The notes beneath the pieces are model-generated. The model had not been told where the DNA came from. It made no database searches and saw only the letters and a list, made by a program, of their open reading frames with translations. DNA of 64,000 nt. Source: Trichormus sp. ATA11-4-KO1 (GTDB lineage: Bacteria > Cyanobacteriota > Cyanobacteriia > Cyanobacteriales > Nostocaceae). Each line of letters begins with the position of its first letter. Position 1 is the stretch's first letter. The stretch lies in the NCBI GenBank assembly GCA_019358915.1, contig JAHHIM010000012.1:1-64000 (forward strand), read 5' to 3'. Both the position numbers and the translations under genes were made by a program. This document shows positions 10,306 through 20,436 of the stretch, in pieces.

Positions 10306-10833
10306 ATGTATCAAAAAATTGTGGTTGCTGTTGACAAGTCTGAAATGAGTCAATTTGTGTTTGAACAAGGCGTATTTTTAGGAAAAGCAGCTGATGCTGA
10401 ACTCATGTTGCTGCATGTGCTGTCTCCTTTAGAAGACCCCTATATCAGCCCTGTATTTACACAACCAGATATCATCTATCCCACCTTGCAAACTACTCCT
10501 ATGGATAGTTATGTCAAGGAGTGGGAAGAACTGAAAAAAGAAAGACTAGATTGGTTGCGATCGCTGAGTGACACAGCAATTAGCGCAGGTGTCAAAACTG
10601 AGTTTACCCAAAACCTAGGTGACACTGGACGGATCATTTGTGAGGTGGCTCGTAACTGGCACGCTGACTTAATTATTGTGGGTCGCCGGGGTCGTGTTGG
10701 TATCAGTGAGTTTTTGTTGGGTAGTGTCAGCAATTATGTTCTACATCATGCTCCTTGCTCCATTCTGACAGTACAAGGACGTATTCTTGAGCAAACAGAA
10801 ATTCTTGAAGATACACAAATAAATTCAGTTTAA
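10306..10833 (+). CDS. Universal stress protein (UspA family)
   Basis: KIVVAVD...ADLIIVGRRG...LLGSVSNYVLHHAPCSILTV. Confidence 0.92.
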   Translation: MYQKIVVAVDKSEMSQFVFEQGVFLGKAADAELMLLHVLSPLEDPYISPVFTQPDIIYPTLQTTPMDSYVKEWEELKKERLDWLRSLSDTAISAGVKTEFTQNLGDTGRIICEVARNWHADLIIVGRRGRVGISEFLLGSVSNYVLHHAPCSILTVQGRILEQTEILEDTQINSV

Positions 10834-11137
10834 TGCAGTATTAATAGCGGTGTGTTATTCTAACATTAACAACCAGACCCCCGGCTTATTAGATAGAGAA
10901 AGTCGGGGGTCTGAGTCTCTGGGTGTTAGCAAGTCAAATAGTATTGCCATAACTAAAAAAATGACAATAATATAAAAATATTTTTCATTGTAATTAAATT
11001 TCAACTAATTTATATTTTAATAGTAATCTATTTTTTTTTGAATTTCAAAAAAATAATCGTTTCTAAACAAGCAAGCAAAAATATAATTTTGTTTTATATT
11101 TATTTGTCAAATTTGTATTCCTAAATCAGGAGAATTA

Positions 11138-12331
11138 GTGCTGATGGAAATGTCTGCCGTCAACTCGTTTAATAGTGGGGAAAATACCTCTGATGTTGGT
11201 AATCTCTTCGCTGGTGGTGGCAGTCAGCCGCAGCGATCGCCCTTGGAAAACTTAAATGAAGTTTTAAATGAAAATTTGCCCGTAACCGTTACTGGCAGTG
11301 GCAATCCCATTCCAGGTAGTGGTATCGACCCATTTGCTGGTGATCTTGGTAGTCAGCTTAATCAAGTAATTTTTGATCGCTTGAAATTAATTCTGGGTGA
11401 AAACTTCTTCGATGGCGTTGATAACCCATTTGTGGGTGGTGGTAGTAATCCATTTGTGGGTGGTGGTAGTCCACCTTTTAATCAGGACAACATACCCGTT
11501 GGTAATGGCAATAGAAACTTTGGTAGTGATAACGCAACTATTGGTAATTTCAACTCAGGCTTTGGCAATGATAGCGCCACCATTGGTAACGGTAATTGGA
11601 ACTTCAGTAACGATAACGCAACTATTGGTAATGGCAACTGGCTATTCGCCAATAACAACACAACTCTGGGAAACGGTAACTGGTACTGGGATTACGGAAA
11701 TAATAACGCTACCCTAGGTAATGGTAATTGGCAATTCGACAGCAACAATGCAACTATTGGTAACGGTAATTGGGGTTTTGGCAATAACAATACCACCCTT
11801 GGCAACGGTAACTGGGATTTTGGTAATAACAACACAATTGTTGGTAATGGAAACTGGGTATTTACTAATAACAACACAGTCGTAGGTAATGGTAACTGGC
11901 TATTCAACGACGAAAAGACAATTATTGATAATGGCAACTGGTTATTCAATGATGAGGCTGTTGGTAATGGCAGTTTAGAGTTATATCCGCAAGAAATTAG
12001 GGCTGATGTGGACAACCTAATTGACTCCCTGGTAGGCAGAATAGGTCAAGACTTTCTGGGATTAACAGGAGATTTTGGGGTATCAGAGACTGAGACGTTT
12101 AACCGACTCATCCTTTCTAGAAATGCTGGTAATAGCAACGGTAATACCTCTAGCGATATTCAGCAGTTTTTGTCATCACTTGGCATCATTCCCGGAAATG
12201 CGAACTATCCTGTGCAGAACCCTCAATCTGTCCCAGAATTTACGCCTTCAGCATCACTGGTAGTGGTAGGACTTGTGTGTTTATTGTTGTCAAAGTTCAA
12301 AAAAGGATTCTGTCGCCAAAATTGGCAATGA
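11138..12331 (+). CDS. Asn/Gly-rich 14-aa repeat (predicted beta-solenoid) protein with a PEP-CTERM-like tail
   Basis: About 11 repeats of NNATIGNGNWxFx; C-terminal SVPEF + TM helix + KFKK; AGGAG RBS upstream. Confidence 0.75.
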   Translation: MLMEMSAVNSFNSGENTSDVGNLFAGGGSQPQRSPLENLNEVLNENLPVTVTGSGNPIPGSGIDPFAGDLGSQLNQVIFDRLKLILGENFFDGVDNPFVGGGSNPFVGGGSPPFNQDNIPVGNGNRNFGSDNATIGNFNSGFGNDSATIGNGNWNFSNDNATIGNGNWLFANNNTTLGNGNWYWDYGNNNATLGNGNWQFDSNNATIGNGNWGFGNNNTTLGNGNWDFGNNNTIVGNGNWVFTNNNTVVGNGNWLFNDEKTIIDNGNWLFNDEAVGNGSLELYPQEIRADVDNLIDSLVGRIGQDFLGLTGDFGVSETETFNRLILSRNAGNSNGNTSSDIQQFLSSLGIIPGNANYPVQNPQSVPEFTPSASLVVVGLVCLLLSKFKKGFCRQNWQ

Positions 12332-12482
12332 GATGAACGAGGCAGCGTATATTTATTAACAAGTTAACGAAAGTGTAAAACTTTGATACTCCCTTGCGGC
12401 ATTTGCAGAAGTAGCAAGTATACTGAATAAGATACGTCTTAATTTTTACTATAATTGCTTTAGCTTTGACTATTCTTGAACT

Positions 12483-14276
12483 ATGGATACACTTGCCTAC
12501 CTGCATCTAGCTGAAACTTATGAGGGATTTGCTAATTCGGAACTAGAAACTATCACTGGTTCCGATTTATTTTTCCAGGAAATAGAAGAGGAAAATAAAC
12601 GGGGTGGAGCCTTAATGCTATTGCTCTCGTTTGCCGTTGGTATGGGTTCTTTTAGTTGGTCTAACACAGTTCTAGCTTTGAAAAAGGGCAACAAAAACTC
12701 TCAAGTGATTTCCCTCCAGCAAAAACTGCGAGCAGCTGGATACTTTGGACATAGCGTCACAGGATATTTTGGGACTGTGACAGAAGCAGCTGTCATCAAA
12801 TTTCAGAGAGACAACGGATTAATTGCTGATGGAATTGTTGGGACTCAAACACTATCAGCGATCGCATCTGGTTTAGGAAAGCCAAATTCCCCACCCGCTT
12901 TAACTAACACCGCCTCTACTATAGTCACTAATAACCAATCACAATTGGCTAGCTCTACTCAACTTCTGCGAAAAGGCAACAAAAATTCTCAAGTAATGTC
13001 TCTTCAGCAAAAGTTGCAAACATTTGGATACTTGAAGGAGTCTATCACAGGATATTTTGGCACTGCAACAGAAGCAGCTGTAGTCAGATTTCAGAAAGAT
13101 CATGGATTAGTCGCTGATGGGATTGCTGGACCCCTGACATTATCAGCCTTAGCATCTAATTTAGGCAAAGTGACATTTTCTTCTTCTCAATCTACTTCCT
13201 CAAATCCTATAGTTACTGATAGTCCTAAACAAGCAGAAAATCAGGTTAAAAAAGATGATATCCGGGAAAATGCTGCTAGTTATCAAGCTCGAATGACACT
13301 CGCAAAAACTATTTCTGGCAAGATTTCACCTAAATCAGTGGTGCATTCTGGTAATGGTCTATTTTTTGCCCAAAACATGATGTATAACCATACAATTACT
13401 GTCTACAACCGGGAGCATCAGTTAGTAAAAATTATTCCTGATGAGGTAGATTTATCAAAATACGGTTATTCTAACTTCAAAGGCAATTACAAAGGTGCGC
13501 CAGTTGAGGCTAGTTTTTCCCATGATGGCAAATATGCCTGGGTATCAAACTATAAAATGTATGGGTCTGGTTTTAACAAACCTGGTAGTGATACATGCCA
13601 TCCATCTCAAAAGACAGACAGAAGTTTTTTGTATCGAATTAATACCGAAACTTTGGATATTGACAATGTAATTCAAGTCGGTTCTGTGCCTAAATTTGTC
13701 GCTACTTCTGCTGATGAACGTCTAGTGCTAGTTAGCAACTGGTGTTCCTGGGATTTGAGTGTTGTGGATACTGAGAAAAATCGGGAAATTAAACGAGTTA
13801 AATTGGGGGCATATCCTAGAGGAATTGTTGTAGATGCAGCTTCAGAAAAAGCCTATGTTGCTGTCATGGGTTCTTATGAAATTGCTGAAGTTGACCTAAA
13901 AGATTTTTCAATAAAATGGCTAAAAAATATTGGTCGTTCACCACGTCATTTAAATATAGACCCCGCAAATAAGTATCTCTATGCTTCTTTAAACGGTGAA
14001 GGAAAAATAGCAAAAATTAGCTTACCACAAGGCAAGGTAATCAATAAAATATCCACAGGTAAAGCGCCGCGTAGCATGGTTCTCTCCGATGATGGTCAAC
14101 GGCTTTACGTTGTTAACTACGGCGAAAACACTGTGAGTAAAGTTCGCACTAGTGACATGAAAGTGGTACAAAAAGTTAATGTTGATGCTAATCCAATTGG
14201 TATTACTTACGATCCACAAACTCGGAAAGTTTGGGTAGCTTGCTATTCTGGTAATATCTTGGTTTTCCAGGATTAA
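12483..14276 (+). CDS. Peptidoglycan-binding (two PG_binding_1 domains) plus YncE/YVTN beta-propeller protein
   Basis: Two LKKG..V..LQQKL...GYFG..TEAAV..FQ...GL.ADGI.G repeats, followed by YVTN-type blades. Confidence 0.85.
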   Translation: MDTLAYLHLAETYEGFANSELETITGSDLFFQEIEEENKRGGALMLLLSFAVGMGSFSWSNTVLALKKGNKNSQVISLQQKLRAAGYFGHSVTGYFGTVTEAAVIKFQRDNGLIADGIVGTQTLSAIASGLGKPNSPPALTNTASTIVTNNQSQLASSTQLLRKGNKNSQVMSLQQKLQTFGYLKESITGYFGTATEAAVVRFQKDHGLVADGIAGPLTLSALASNLGKVTFSSSQSTSSNPIVTDSPKQAENQVKKDDIRENAASYQARMTLAKTISGKISPKSVVHSGNGLFFAQNMMYNHTITVYNREHQLVKIIPDEVDLSKYGYSNFKGNYKGAPVEASFSHDGKYAWVSNYKMYGSGFNKPGSDTCHPSQKTDRSFLYRINTETLDIDNVIQVGSVPKFVATSADERLVLVSNWCSWDLSVVDTEKNREIKRVKLGAYPRGIVVDAASEKAYVAVMGSYEIAEVDLKDFSIKWLKNIGRSPRHLNIDPANKYLYASLNGEGKIAKISLPQGKVINKISTGKAPRSMVLSDDGQRLYVVNYGENTVSKVRTSDMKVVQKVNVDANPIGITYDPQTRKVWVACYSGNILVFQD

Positions 14277-14281
14277 ATCCT

Positions 14282-14485
14282 AGTGGCAATGGCAATAATA
14301 TCTTAGGTAACGCCAATACTACCAATATTAGTTATGGCAGTTTCCTAGGTAATGATATTGAGGCCAGTGATGACGGCAAAGTTTATATTGGTAATGAAGA
14401 TTGGTCTTTCGAGATCCTTAACCAACTAACATCTTTAGCCCTGTTTTGTCACTCTCGGAAAACAATAATCTCAGCCAAATTCTGA
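14282..14485 (+). pseudogene. Start-less remnant of a GN-repeat protein gene
   Basis: Reads SGNGNNILGNANTTNISYGSFLGND...YIGNEDWSF for 67 codons; no start codon upstream before a stop. Confidence 0.5.
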
Positions 14486-15180
14486 GACTTTGATTTAATC
14501 CAGGTTTGAGGCTTTATTTCCTAACAGAAACTAAAATTCATAGACGAAAAGTGGAAACTAAAGCACCGTAACCATTTGAGCGATTGGATTCTCCCAAAGT
14601 GACAAATGAGGGTTAGGGATTGGTGTGTCGGGTATCGGTAATGATGTCAACAGTTTTTTGAGCCATCATGATATGGTGTCAACAACCACAAGCAAAGAAG
14701 GTTTTTCAAATTCCTCCTTCTTAATAAACTCAGATTATCAATTTTATTTAGGCAGTCTGTAGTCTAAAGCTGAAAATCAGGTTAAGCAGACTATTAGACT
14801 ATAAGTTCGCCTGGAGGAAAACCAGCGCCAGTTATCTAATTTTGGACTTTGGATTTTAGATTTATTACTTAAAATCTAAAATTGCAAATCTAAAATCTGT
14901 AGACTGAATGCTTCACCGCAGCGCTGGCTCCTCCTTGCGACTTCTCATTGCAACGCAGTGTCCTCTGGAGGGCGGCTTCTCGTAGAGTAGGGGCCTTCCC
15001 GTAGGGTACGTGGCGAAACAAAGAACAGATGCGTAGATGAGCGGAGGAGGCTTTTCGTAGAGTTAGGCTGGGGTAGAATTTCCCTTAATATATTTGCCAC
15101 ATAGCATTCCGCTCAGCATGGCAAATTTCTTTACAGATTTAATCAAATCCCGTATTGAGTTAAGGGAATTTAGCGAGATT

Positions 15181-15924
15181 TCACTCAACCACTGATGCTG
15201 AAGCCCCCTCACTTGATGGAGGTACGCTAGGCAATTCTAGGCAGTATCCCGCACCATATACTGTTTTTATATAGCGGGGGTGGCGGGGATCTGGTTCTAG
15301 TTTGGTTCTCAAGTGGCGGATATGCACTCGAATGGTTTCAATGTCATCATCTGGATCGTAGCCCCAAACTTCTCGCAGGATTTCACTGGGGGAAACTGTC
15401 TGACCATGGCGTTGCAGCAAACAATGCAGTAGCTCAAATTCCAAGTGAGTCAGTTTCACAGTTTCATTGAACCATATAGCCTCAAATCTTTCTGGAACAA
15501 GGGTCAAAGGCCCATAATTGAGAATTTCACTGTGCTTTGCTGCTTGGGGAATGCGGTCAGTACGCCGCAATAATGCTCGCACCCGCGCCAGCATCTCTTC
15601 CACTTCAAAGGGTTTAGTGAGGTAGTCGTCAGCGCCAGCATTGAAGCCTTCTACTTTATCCTGGGTTTGGCTTAAAGCGGTCAACATCAACACGGGAATC
15701 TCAGATGTGCGCTCATCTCGACGCAAGCGTTGGCAAACTGTAAATCCATCTACTCTGGGCAACATCAGGTCAAGCATGATCAAGTCAGGTTGTAGCTGGA
15801 GAGCCAGCGCCTGACCTTTGATGCCATCTTCAGCTTGGCTGACATCGTAGCCAGCCATTTCCAAGTTGACGGCAACGAGTTCTGAAATTGCTGGGTCATC
15901 GTCTATGACAAGAATCCTCGGCAT
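15181..15924 (-). CDS. rpaA: OmpR-family response regulator RpaA
   Basis: [17 protein letters not shown]...[14 protein letters not shown] receiver domain; winged helix with [32 protein letters not shown]. Confidence 0.93.
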   Translation of the reverse strand: MPRILVIDDDPAISELVAVNLEMAGYDVSQAEDGIKGQALALQLQPDLIMLDLMLPRVDGFTVCQRLRRDERTSEIPVLMLTALSQTQDKVEGFNAGADDYLTKPFEVEEMLARVRALLRRTDRIPQAAKHSEILNYGPLTLVPERFEAIWFNETVKLTHLEFELLHCLLQRHGQTVSPSEILREVWGYDPDDDIETIRVHIRHLRTKLEPDPRHPRYIKTVYGAGYCLELPSVPPSSEGASASVVE

Positions 15925-16709
15925 TCTTAAAAAATTTATTACTACTTGTTAAGGATAAATAAGAACCTTTGGTAGATACAAAGATTTCTGTCTTGATTAT
16001 AAAAAAGATTTTAAACCTAACATAAATATTAAAACTAAAGGTTTGTGGAATCAAAACTAAAGTACACGAAATTCCAGAAAGGTTGTGTTATTGTGCCTAC
16101 AATCCGGCTTAATTACTCAAAAATAGTGTGACGGTGGCTATCTACACTGCTTTGTAGGGAAGTCCCTATTGAGAAACCACAACTCTACACCCAGAGCCGC
16201 TATATCACAAAAATATCTTAATTAGTAGGCAAGGTGTGCCAGTTTTTAATTAGGTTTTGCCATCCTTGAAAATGTTTATAGATGGGATTCGGCGCGATCG
16301 CTTGCTGATTTTAGTTCAACAACCAGTTATGCGATCGCTAAAGAACCAGCGAAAAAAACAAAAGTAGTTTGCCAAGGTTAAATCAAAAATTAATTAAAGG
16401 GGTTGACATTTTGCACTCTTCTCAAATGCCACCCAATTCTCCTCAAAAATCAATGAAGTTAGAAAGAAGAGGGAAGAAGAATGATCTTCCTTCTTGTTCA
16501 ATGAGCGATGGAATTTAAATCCCAAGATTTATATATCTCTCTCTATCTCTCTTCTATGTCGTGAAAAATTTACCAAATAGCCAAAGTCTAGTTGATTGGG
16601 GGATTTCGCTAACCGGAGCTTAAACCAAGCATTATCGGAAATTAATGTTGGTCGAATAGATTTTCACCGTGACTGCCGCATATTCACGTAAAGAGAAGAG
16701 ATCAACATA

Positions 16710-18128
16710 ATGGAATTCTCACGTCGTAAGTTTTTAACCTTAGCTGGCACAAGTGCAGCTACTGTAACAATGCTTTCACCACTAGAAGCCTTTTATGCAA
16801 AGGTTGCCCGTGGTGAAATGCCAACTAGTACTGGCTATGGCCCACTTGAAGAAAAGCTGCCTTTAAACACTGCTGAACTTCCTCCTAACTTAAGCGGAAG
16901 ACCTCTTCTGAAACTGCCTCGCGGGTTTAACTACACCGCTTTTTCAGCTACTGGTCAGCCAATGGATGACGGTTTCACAGTACCTGAGAGACACGACGGT
17001 ATGGCTGCATTTCCAGGAGCTAACAACACAACAATCCTGGTTCGCAACCATGAGAATGGAGCTAATTCCCCAGATCCAGTTCTTGGTTCACCTCGATACT
17101 CTACAGGCGCTCAAGGTGGAACAACTACACTGGTAGTTGGTGCTAACCGTAGACTTATCAAGCACTTTAATTCCCTCGCTGGAACTATTCGTAACTGTGC
17201 AGGTGGCCCCACACCCTGGCGGTCATGGATTAGTTGTGAAGAAACCTTCTCTACCACTGCTAACATGAATAGTTCTGGCACTTTGGAGACTATCAAGCAT
17301 GGTTACAACTTTGAAGTTATCGCTGACCCCAATAGCGGTTTAGTAACTCCAGTACCTCTGATAGACATGGGACGCTTCAGTCATGAAGCAGTTGCTGTAG
17401 ACCCCAGAAGTGGTTATATCTACGAAACCGAAGACCGTATTGATAGCTGCTTTTATCGGTTTGAGCCTAATGTTAGACCTACCAAAGTAGGCGACTTGGC
17501 TAAAGGTGGTACTCTTTACGCCTTGAAGGTTAGAGGTATGAACAACTTTGCCTTGAATACCACTAATAATCCTAATTTTGGTGGTCAGCTAGGGCTAATT
17601 AAGGTTGGTCAATCACTACCAGTAGAGTGGGTCAAAATTGATAATCCAGATCCAGAACAAGATACTGTTCGTGTCGAAGCGCAAAGTAAGGGAGCAGCCA
17701 TCTTCTTACGAGGTGAAGGCGCTTGGTATGGCAACAATCTGGTCTACTTTGTTGCTACTCAAGCTGGCCCTCCAGGGATTAATAAATCTAATGGTAGAGG
17801 TCATGGTCAGGTTTGGGCTTATGACCCTGCTAGACAAGAATTAACCCTTGTCGTTGAAGCTTGTGAAACTGGTGAATTCCTAGATGACCCCGACAATATC
17901 ACCGTTGCTCCCTTTGGAGACCTCTTCCTTTGCGAAGATGGTGGCGGAGTGCAATATGTTGTAGGTGTTAACCAAAAGGGTGAAGTGTATCAGTTTGCGT
18001 TCAACAATATCAGTACTGGTGAGTTTGCTGGTGCTTGCTTCTCTGCTGATGGTAGAACAATGTTTCTAAACATTTACAATCCCGGTGTTACACTTGCTAT
18101 CTTTGGCCCCTGGAATCGTCGCAGATAA
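16710..18128 (+). CDS. phoX: PhoX-family (DUF839) alkaline phosphatase, Tat-exported
   Basis: SRRKFL Tat motif; HDGMAAF, NCAGG.TPW..WISCEE, MGRFSHEA, DDPDNI, LCEDG and EFAG motifs. Confidence 0.88.
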   Translation: MEFSRRKFLTLAGTSAATVTMLSPLEAFYAKVARGEMPTSTGYGPLEEKLPLNTAELPPNLSGRPLLKLPRGFNYTAFSATGQPMDDGFTVPERHDGMAAFPGANNTTILVRNHENGANSPDPVLGSPRYSTGAQGGTTTLVVGANRRLIKHFNSLAGTIRNCAGGPTPWRSWISCEETFSTTANMNSSGTLETIKHGYNFEVIADPNSGLVTPVPLIDMGRFSHEAVAVDPRSGYIYETEDRIDSCFYRFEPNVRPTKVGDLAKGGTLYALKVRGMNNFALNTTNNPNFGGQLGLIKVGQSLPVEWVKIDNPDPEQDTVRVEAQSKGAAIFLRGEGAWYGNNLVYFVATQAGPPGINKSNGRGHGQVWAYDPARQELTLVVEACETGEFLDDPDNITVAPFGDLFLCEDGGGVQYVVGVNQKGEVYQFAFNNISTGEFAGACFSADGRTMFLNIYNPGVTLAIFGPWNRRR

Positions 18129-18180
18129 GAATTTAATCGTGTTGTACAGATTAGATATCTGCTGTTTCTGGGTTCAAAAC

Positions 18181-18209
18181 CCTAGTTAATCAAATTGTGA
18201 TTAACTAGG
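18181..18209. terminator. Hairpin between convergent phoX and the island gene
   Basis: CCTAGTTAATCA-N5-TGATTAACTAGG perfect 12-bp stem. Confidence 0.5.
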
Positions 18210-18283
18210 ATAATCGGAATCCTACCCTATCAAAGTCCCACTTTTTCTTCCCTCCCTGCTTGCGGGGAGGGATGAGAATGTGA

Positions 18284-18655
18284 CTACAAACCCACCAATT
18301 CGCGAGATTCAAAATCAGTAAGCTGTTGAGCGATCGCTAATCTCGCCTCTAATTTAGCTACACTAAACTGGTTACGCAGATATTCCAAATGAGCGATCGC
18401 ATTGGCTTTTTCCGCAGTTAACCGAATATAAGTATCTACTGCCTTTTGATACTCTTGATTCACCAGCAAAACTTCAAAGCGGCGAGCCTTGCGTTGAGCA
18501 TCATTTTTCAAATCCATATCAAAGGCAGCAATCCGATCTGCATTACCTTCAAATCTGTCAATCTGTTGCTGTACTGCCATTAATTGAGAATCTATTTCAT
18601 TCACTCGTTGAGCAGCCTGGGCGATCGCAGTGGGATAATGAGTCAGTTGCACCAT
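18284..18655 (-). CDS. Hypothetical coiled-coil protein (123 aa)
   Basis: Clean ORF with AAGGAAGG RBS; heptad-rich helices and an LKNDAQRKARR motif. Confidence 0.75.
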   Translation of the reverse strand: MVQLTHYPTAIAQAAQRVNEIDSQLMAVQQQIDRFEGNADRIAAFDMDLKNDAQRKARRFEVLLVNQEYQKAVDTYIRLTAEKANAIAHLEYLRNQFSVAKLEARLAIAQQLTDFESRELVGL

Positions 18656-18737
18656 CTAATCACCTTCCTTTCTAAGTGCTGAGTGCTGAGTAAAATCTAA
18701 AGTGCTTCCTTTTTAAGTAAAAAATACTACTCTCTAA

Positions 18738-19001
18738 TTACGCTACTTCCCGCAGTTGCGACGGGACATTTACTTCAGAAAATGGGAGCGAGAGTTGTTC
18801 GGTTTGAGGCACCGCAGCTTGTTCTAAAACCTGTACTTCAATATTCACACTAACTAAATAACTACCAGTATCAGCAGCAACCGCTTCGGCTATTAATTTG
18901 GCAATGTCCGGCCGTTTCGCCGTCAGTGGGTCACGTAAAATACACCGATCCCATTCGTGCTTGGCAGTCGGATTGAGGTTGAGAATGTAATGCTTAATCA
19001 T
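18738..19001 (-). CDS. Hypothetical protein (87 aa, MIKHYILNLNP...)
   Basis: ATG 19001 has AAGGG upstream; the longer ORF from 19190 overlaps the promoter, so its extension is probably not real. Confidence 0.7.
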   Translation of the reverse strand: MIKHYILNLNPTAKHEWDRCILRDPLTAKRPDIAKLIAEAVAADTGSYLVSVNIEVQVLEQAAVPQTEQLSLPFSEVNVPSQLREVA

Positions 19002-19083
19002 TGGACTAACCCTTGAATCCATCTTCCAGAAGACTGTCACACGGCCTTTGTGTACTTTACTAGGCTTGGTGGACGCTATAACT

Positions 19084-19102
19084 ATTATAGTACAACTGTA
19101 CT
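19084..19102 (-). promoter_or_regulatory. LexA (SOS) box abutting a TATAAT -10 element
   Basis: AGTACAACTGTACT (19089-19102) matches the cyanobacterial LexA consensus RGTACNNNDGTWCB; the minus-strand TATAAT lies at 19084-19089. Confidence 0.7.
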
Positions 19103-19123
19103 GATATAGGAAGAAGAATATTA

Positions 19124-19179
19124 GGAGGCATTGAGCCGAGACGCACGACGTGAAAGTGCGTCTCAGCTCAATACCTTCC
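19124..19179 (-). terminator. Long (~23-bp) hairpin; terminator or part of an ncRNA
   Basis: GGAGGCATTGAGCCGAGACGCAC-N9-GTGCGTCTCAGCTCAATACCTTCC; both C:A mismatches become G-U pairs on the minus strand. Confidence 0.55.
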
Positions 19180-19514
19180 GCATCGCCCAATCAGTGCAAC
19201 AAGTTTAAAAGCTCTGAGCAATGCCAAAATTTTATAACAGCTGTATTTATTGAGGGCAGTGGGATTATAAGCACGTTAGACAGCAGTCCAACGAAATATT
19301 TGGTGGAACGATACTTGCATAACTGTATCGTGATTGGGGTGATTAAAGTTGACTGGCGAAGGTGTCGCCAAGCACAAACTAAACTTTTTAGTTTACGTTA
19401 GCACGCACACTACCTTAACCTGATAACCGCACATGAGTAATTAGCCTAACACCAGTAGGCAGCACATAACCCGATAGAAGCACTTCCCCAACCATTGATA
19501 CATACACTCAATAT

Positions 19515-20078
19515 TTATTTGACTGGGTGGTAAAGACCGTCTTTTTGAGAAAATTCCCATCCCGTATTCATCGGGTCGCGATGGCGCGTATAGCTGATAA
19601 ATTCTTTGGGGGTGAGTTTTTCCCGTTCAGTAATTAGGCTTTGGGAGGTAACACCCAGTCTTTGGGCAAGGCTTGTGTTTGTCCTGGGTTGCAGTTCAAC
19701 TTGTGGCTGTTGGTGTGAGTATACTTGTCTGCGCGGTTTGGTGTCGCTATATCGCCCAGAGGCCATAGCCCGTTCCAATTTTTCTAAGTGTTGAGCAATA
19801 GCCTCTAGTTTGGTTTCTACACCTTCACTTTTACCAGCAAGATGGTATTCCAGCCTCTCCAGCCTCTCCTCTAGCTGCAATACAGATTTACTACTATTCA
19901 CCATATCTATATCTATTTCAATATCACTGCGAGCAAATTGCGATATCAATTCCTCTAAACCTTGCTGTAAGGCTGTTGTATGCCCCTGGCGATGCAGCTT
20001 GGATAATTGGCGTACTGCTCCAATCAAGGCAGTAGGCACACGAATCATTTGACTAGGTGGGGTCTTGTGGTCAGTCAT
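19515..20078 (-). CDS. Hypothetical protein with a possible RHH-like N-terminus, coiled coil and C-terminal HTH-like segment
   Basis: MIRVPTAL..AVRQL; central heptads; LAQRLGVTSQSL. Confidence 0.7.
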   Translation of the reverse strand: MTDHKTPPSQMIRVPTALIGAVRQLSKLHRQGHTTALQQGLEELISQFARSDIEIDIDMVNSSKSVLQLEERLERLEYHLAGKSEGVETKLEAIAQHLEKLERAMASGRYSDTKPRRQVYSHQQPQVELQPRTNTSLAQRLGVTSQSLITEREKLTPKEFISYTRHRDPMNTGWEFSQKDGLYHPVK

Positions 20079-20436
20079 TTGATATCATATTTGATAGCAA
20101 TATACTGATTGTAGATGAAAAGCGAACACTAGGGCGTAGGCGATCGCCTCTGGCGGGCGTTACGCGCCATCGCCTCTCCATTTTCTTAGAGGAAACTTAA
20201 GCGAACATTTCATAGAAAAAGCGATCGCATTATGTGTAAAAAATGGTAGGAATACCTTTTGAAGGCACAGCAGAAGCCTTTGAATATGTACCGAATAAAC
20301 GCATCACTTGCAGCGTAGCAAAGTGAAATATCTTAGTATGTCGGCAAAAGCCCAGATTCTTCTCTCCAATCGGTTCCACTCGGAATGACAGAATTATACC
20401 CTCTTGGACTTTTCAAACATCCTCTTAAAGGGTTAT

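Noticed and set aside
11500..11970. 42-bp periodic DNA as a CRISPR or non-coding repeat array
   Set aside because: Degenerate at third codon positions and in frame, so it is a protein repeat.
14550..15130. Possible frameshifted small ORF and a long imperfect inverted repeat downstream of rpaA
   Set aside because: No recognisable homology; largely explained by STRR and short dispersed repeats.
16608..16640. Possible Pho box upstream of phoX (GCTAACCG/CTTAAACC/CATTATCG at 11-bp spacing)
   Set aside because: Too degenerate against the PyTTAAPyPy(T/A) consensus to support.
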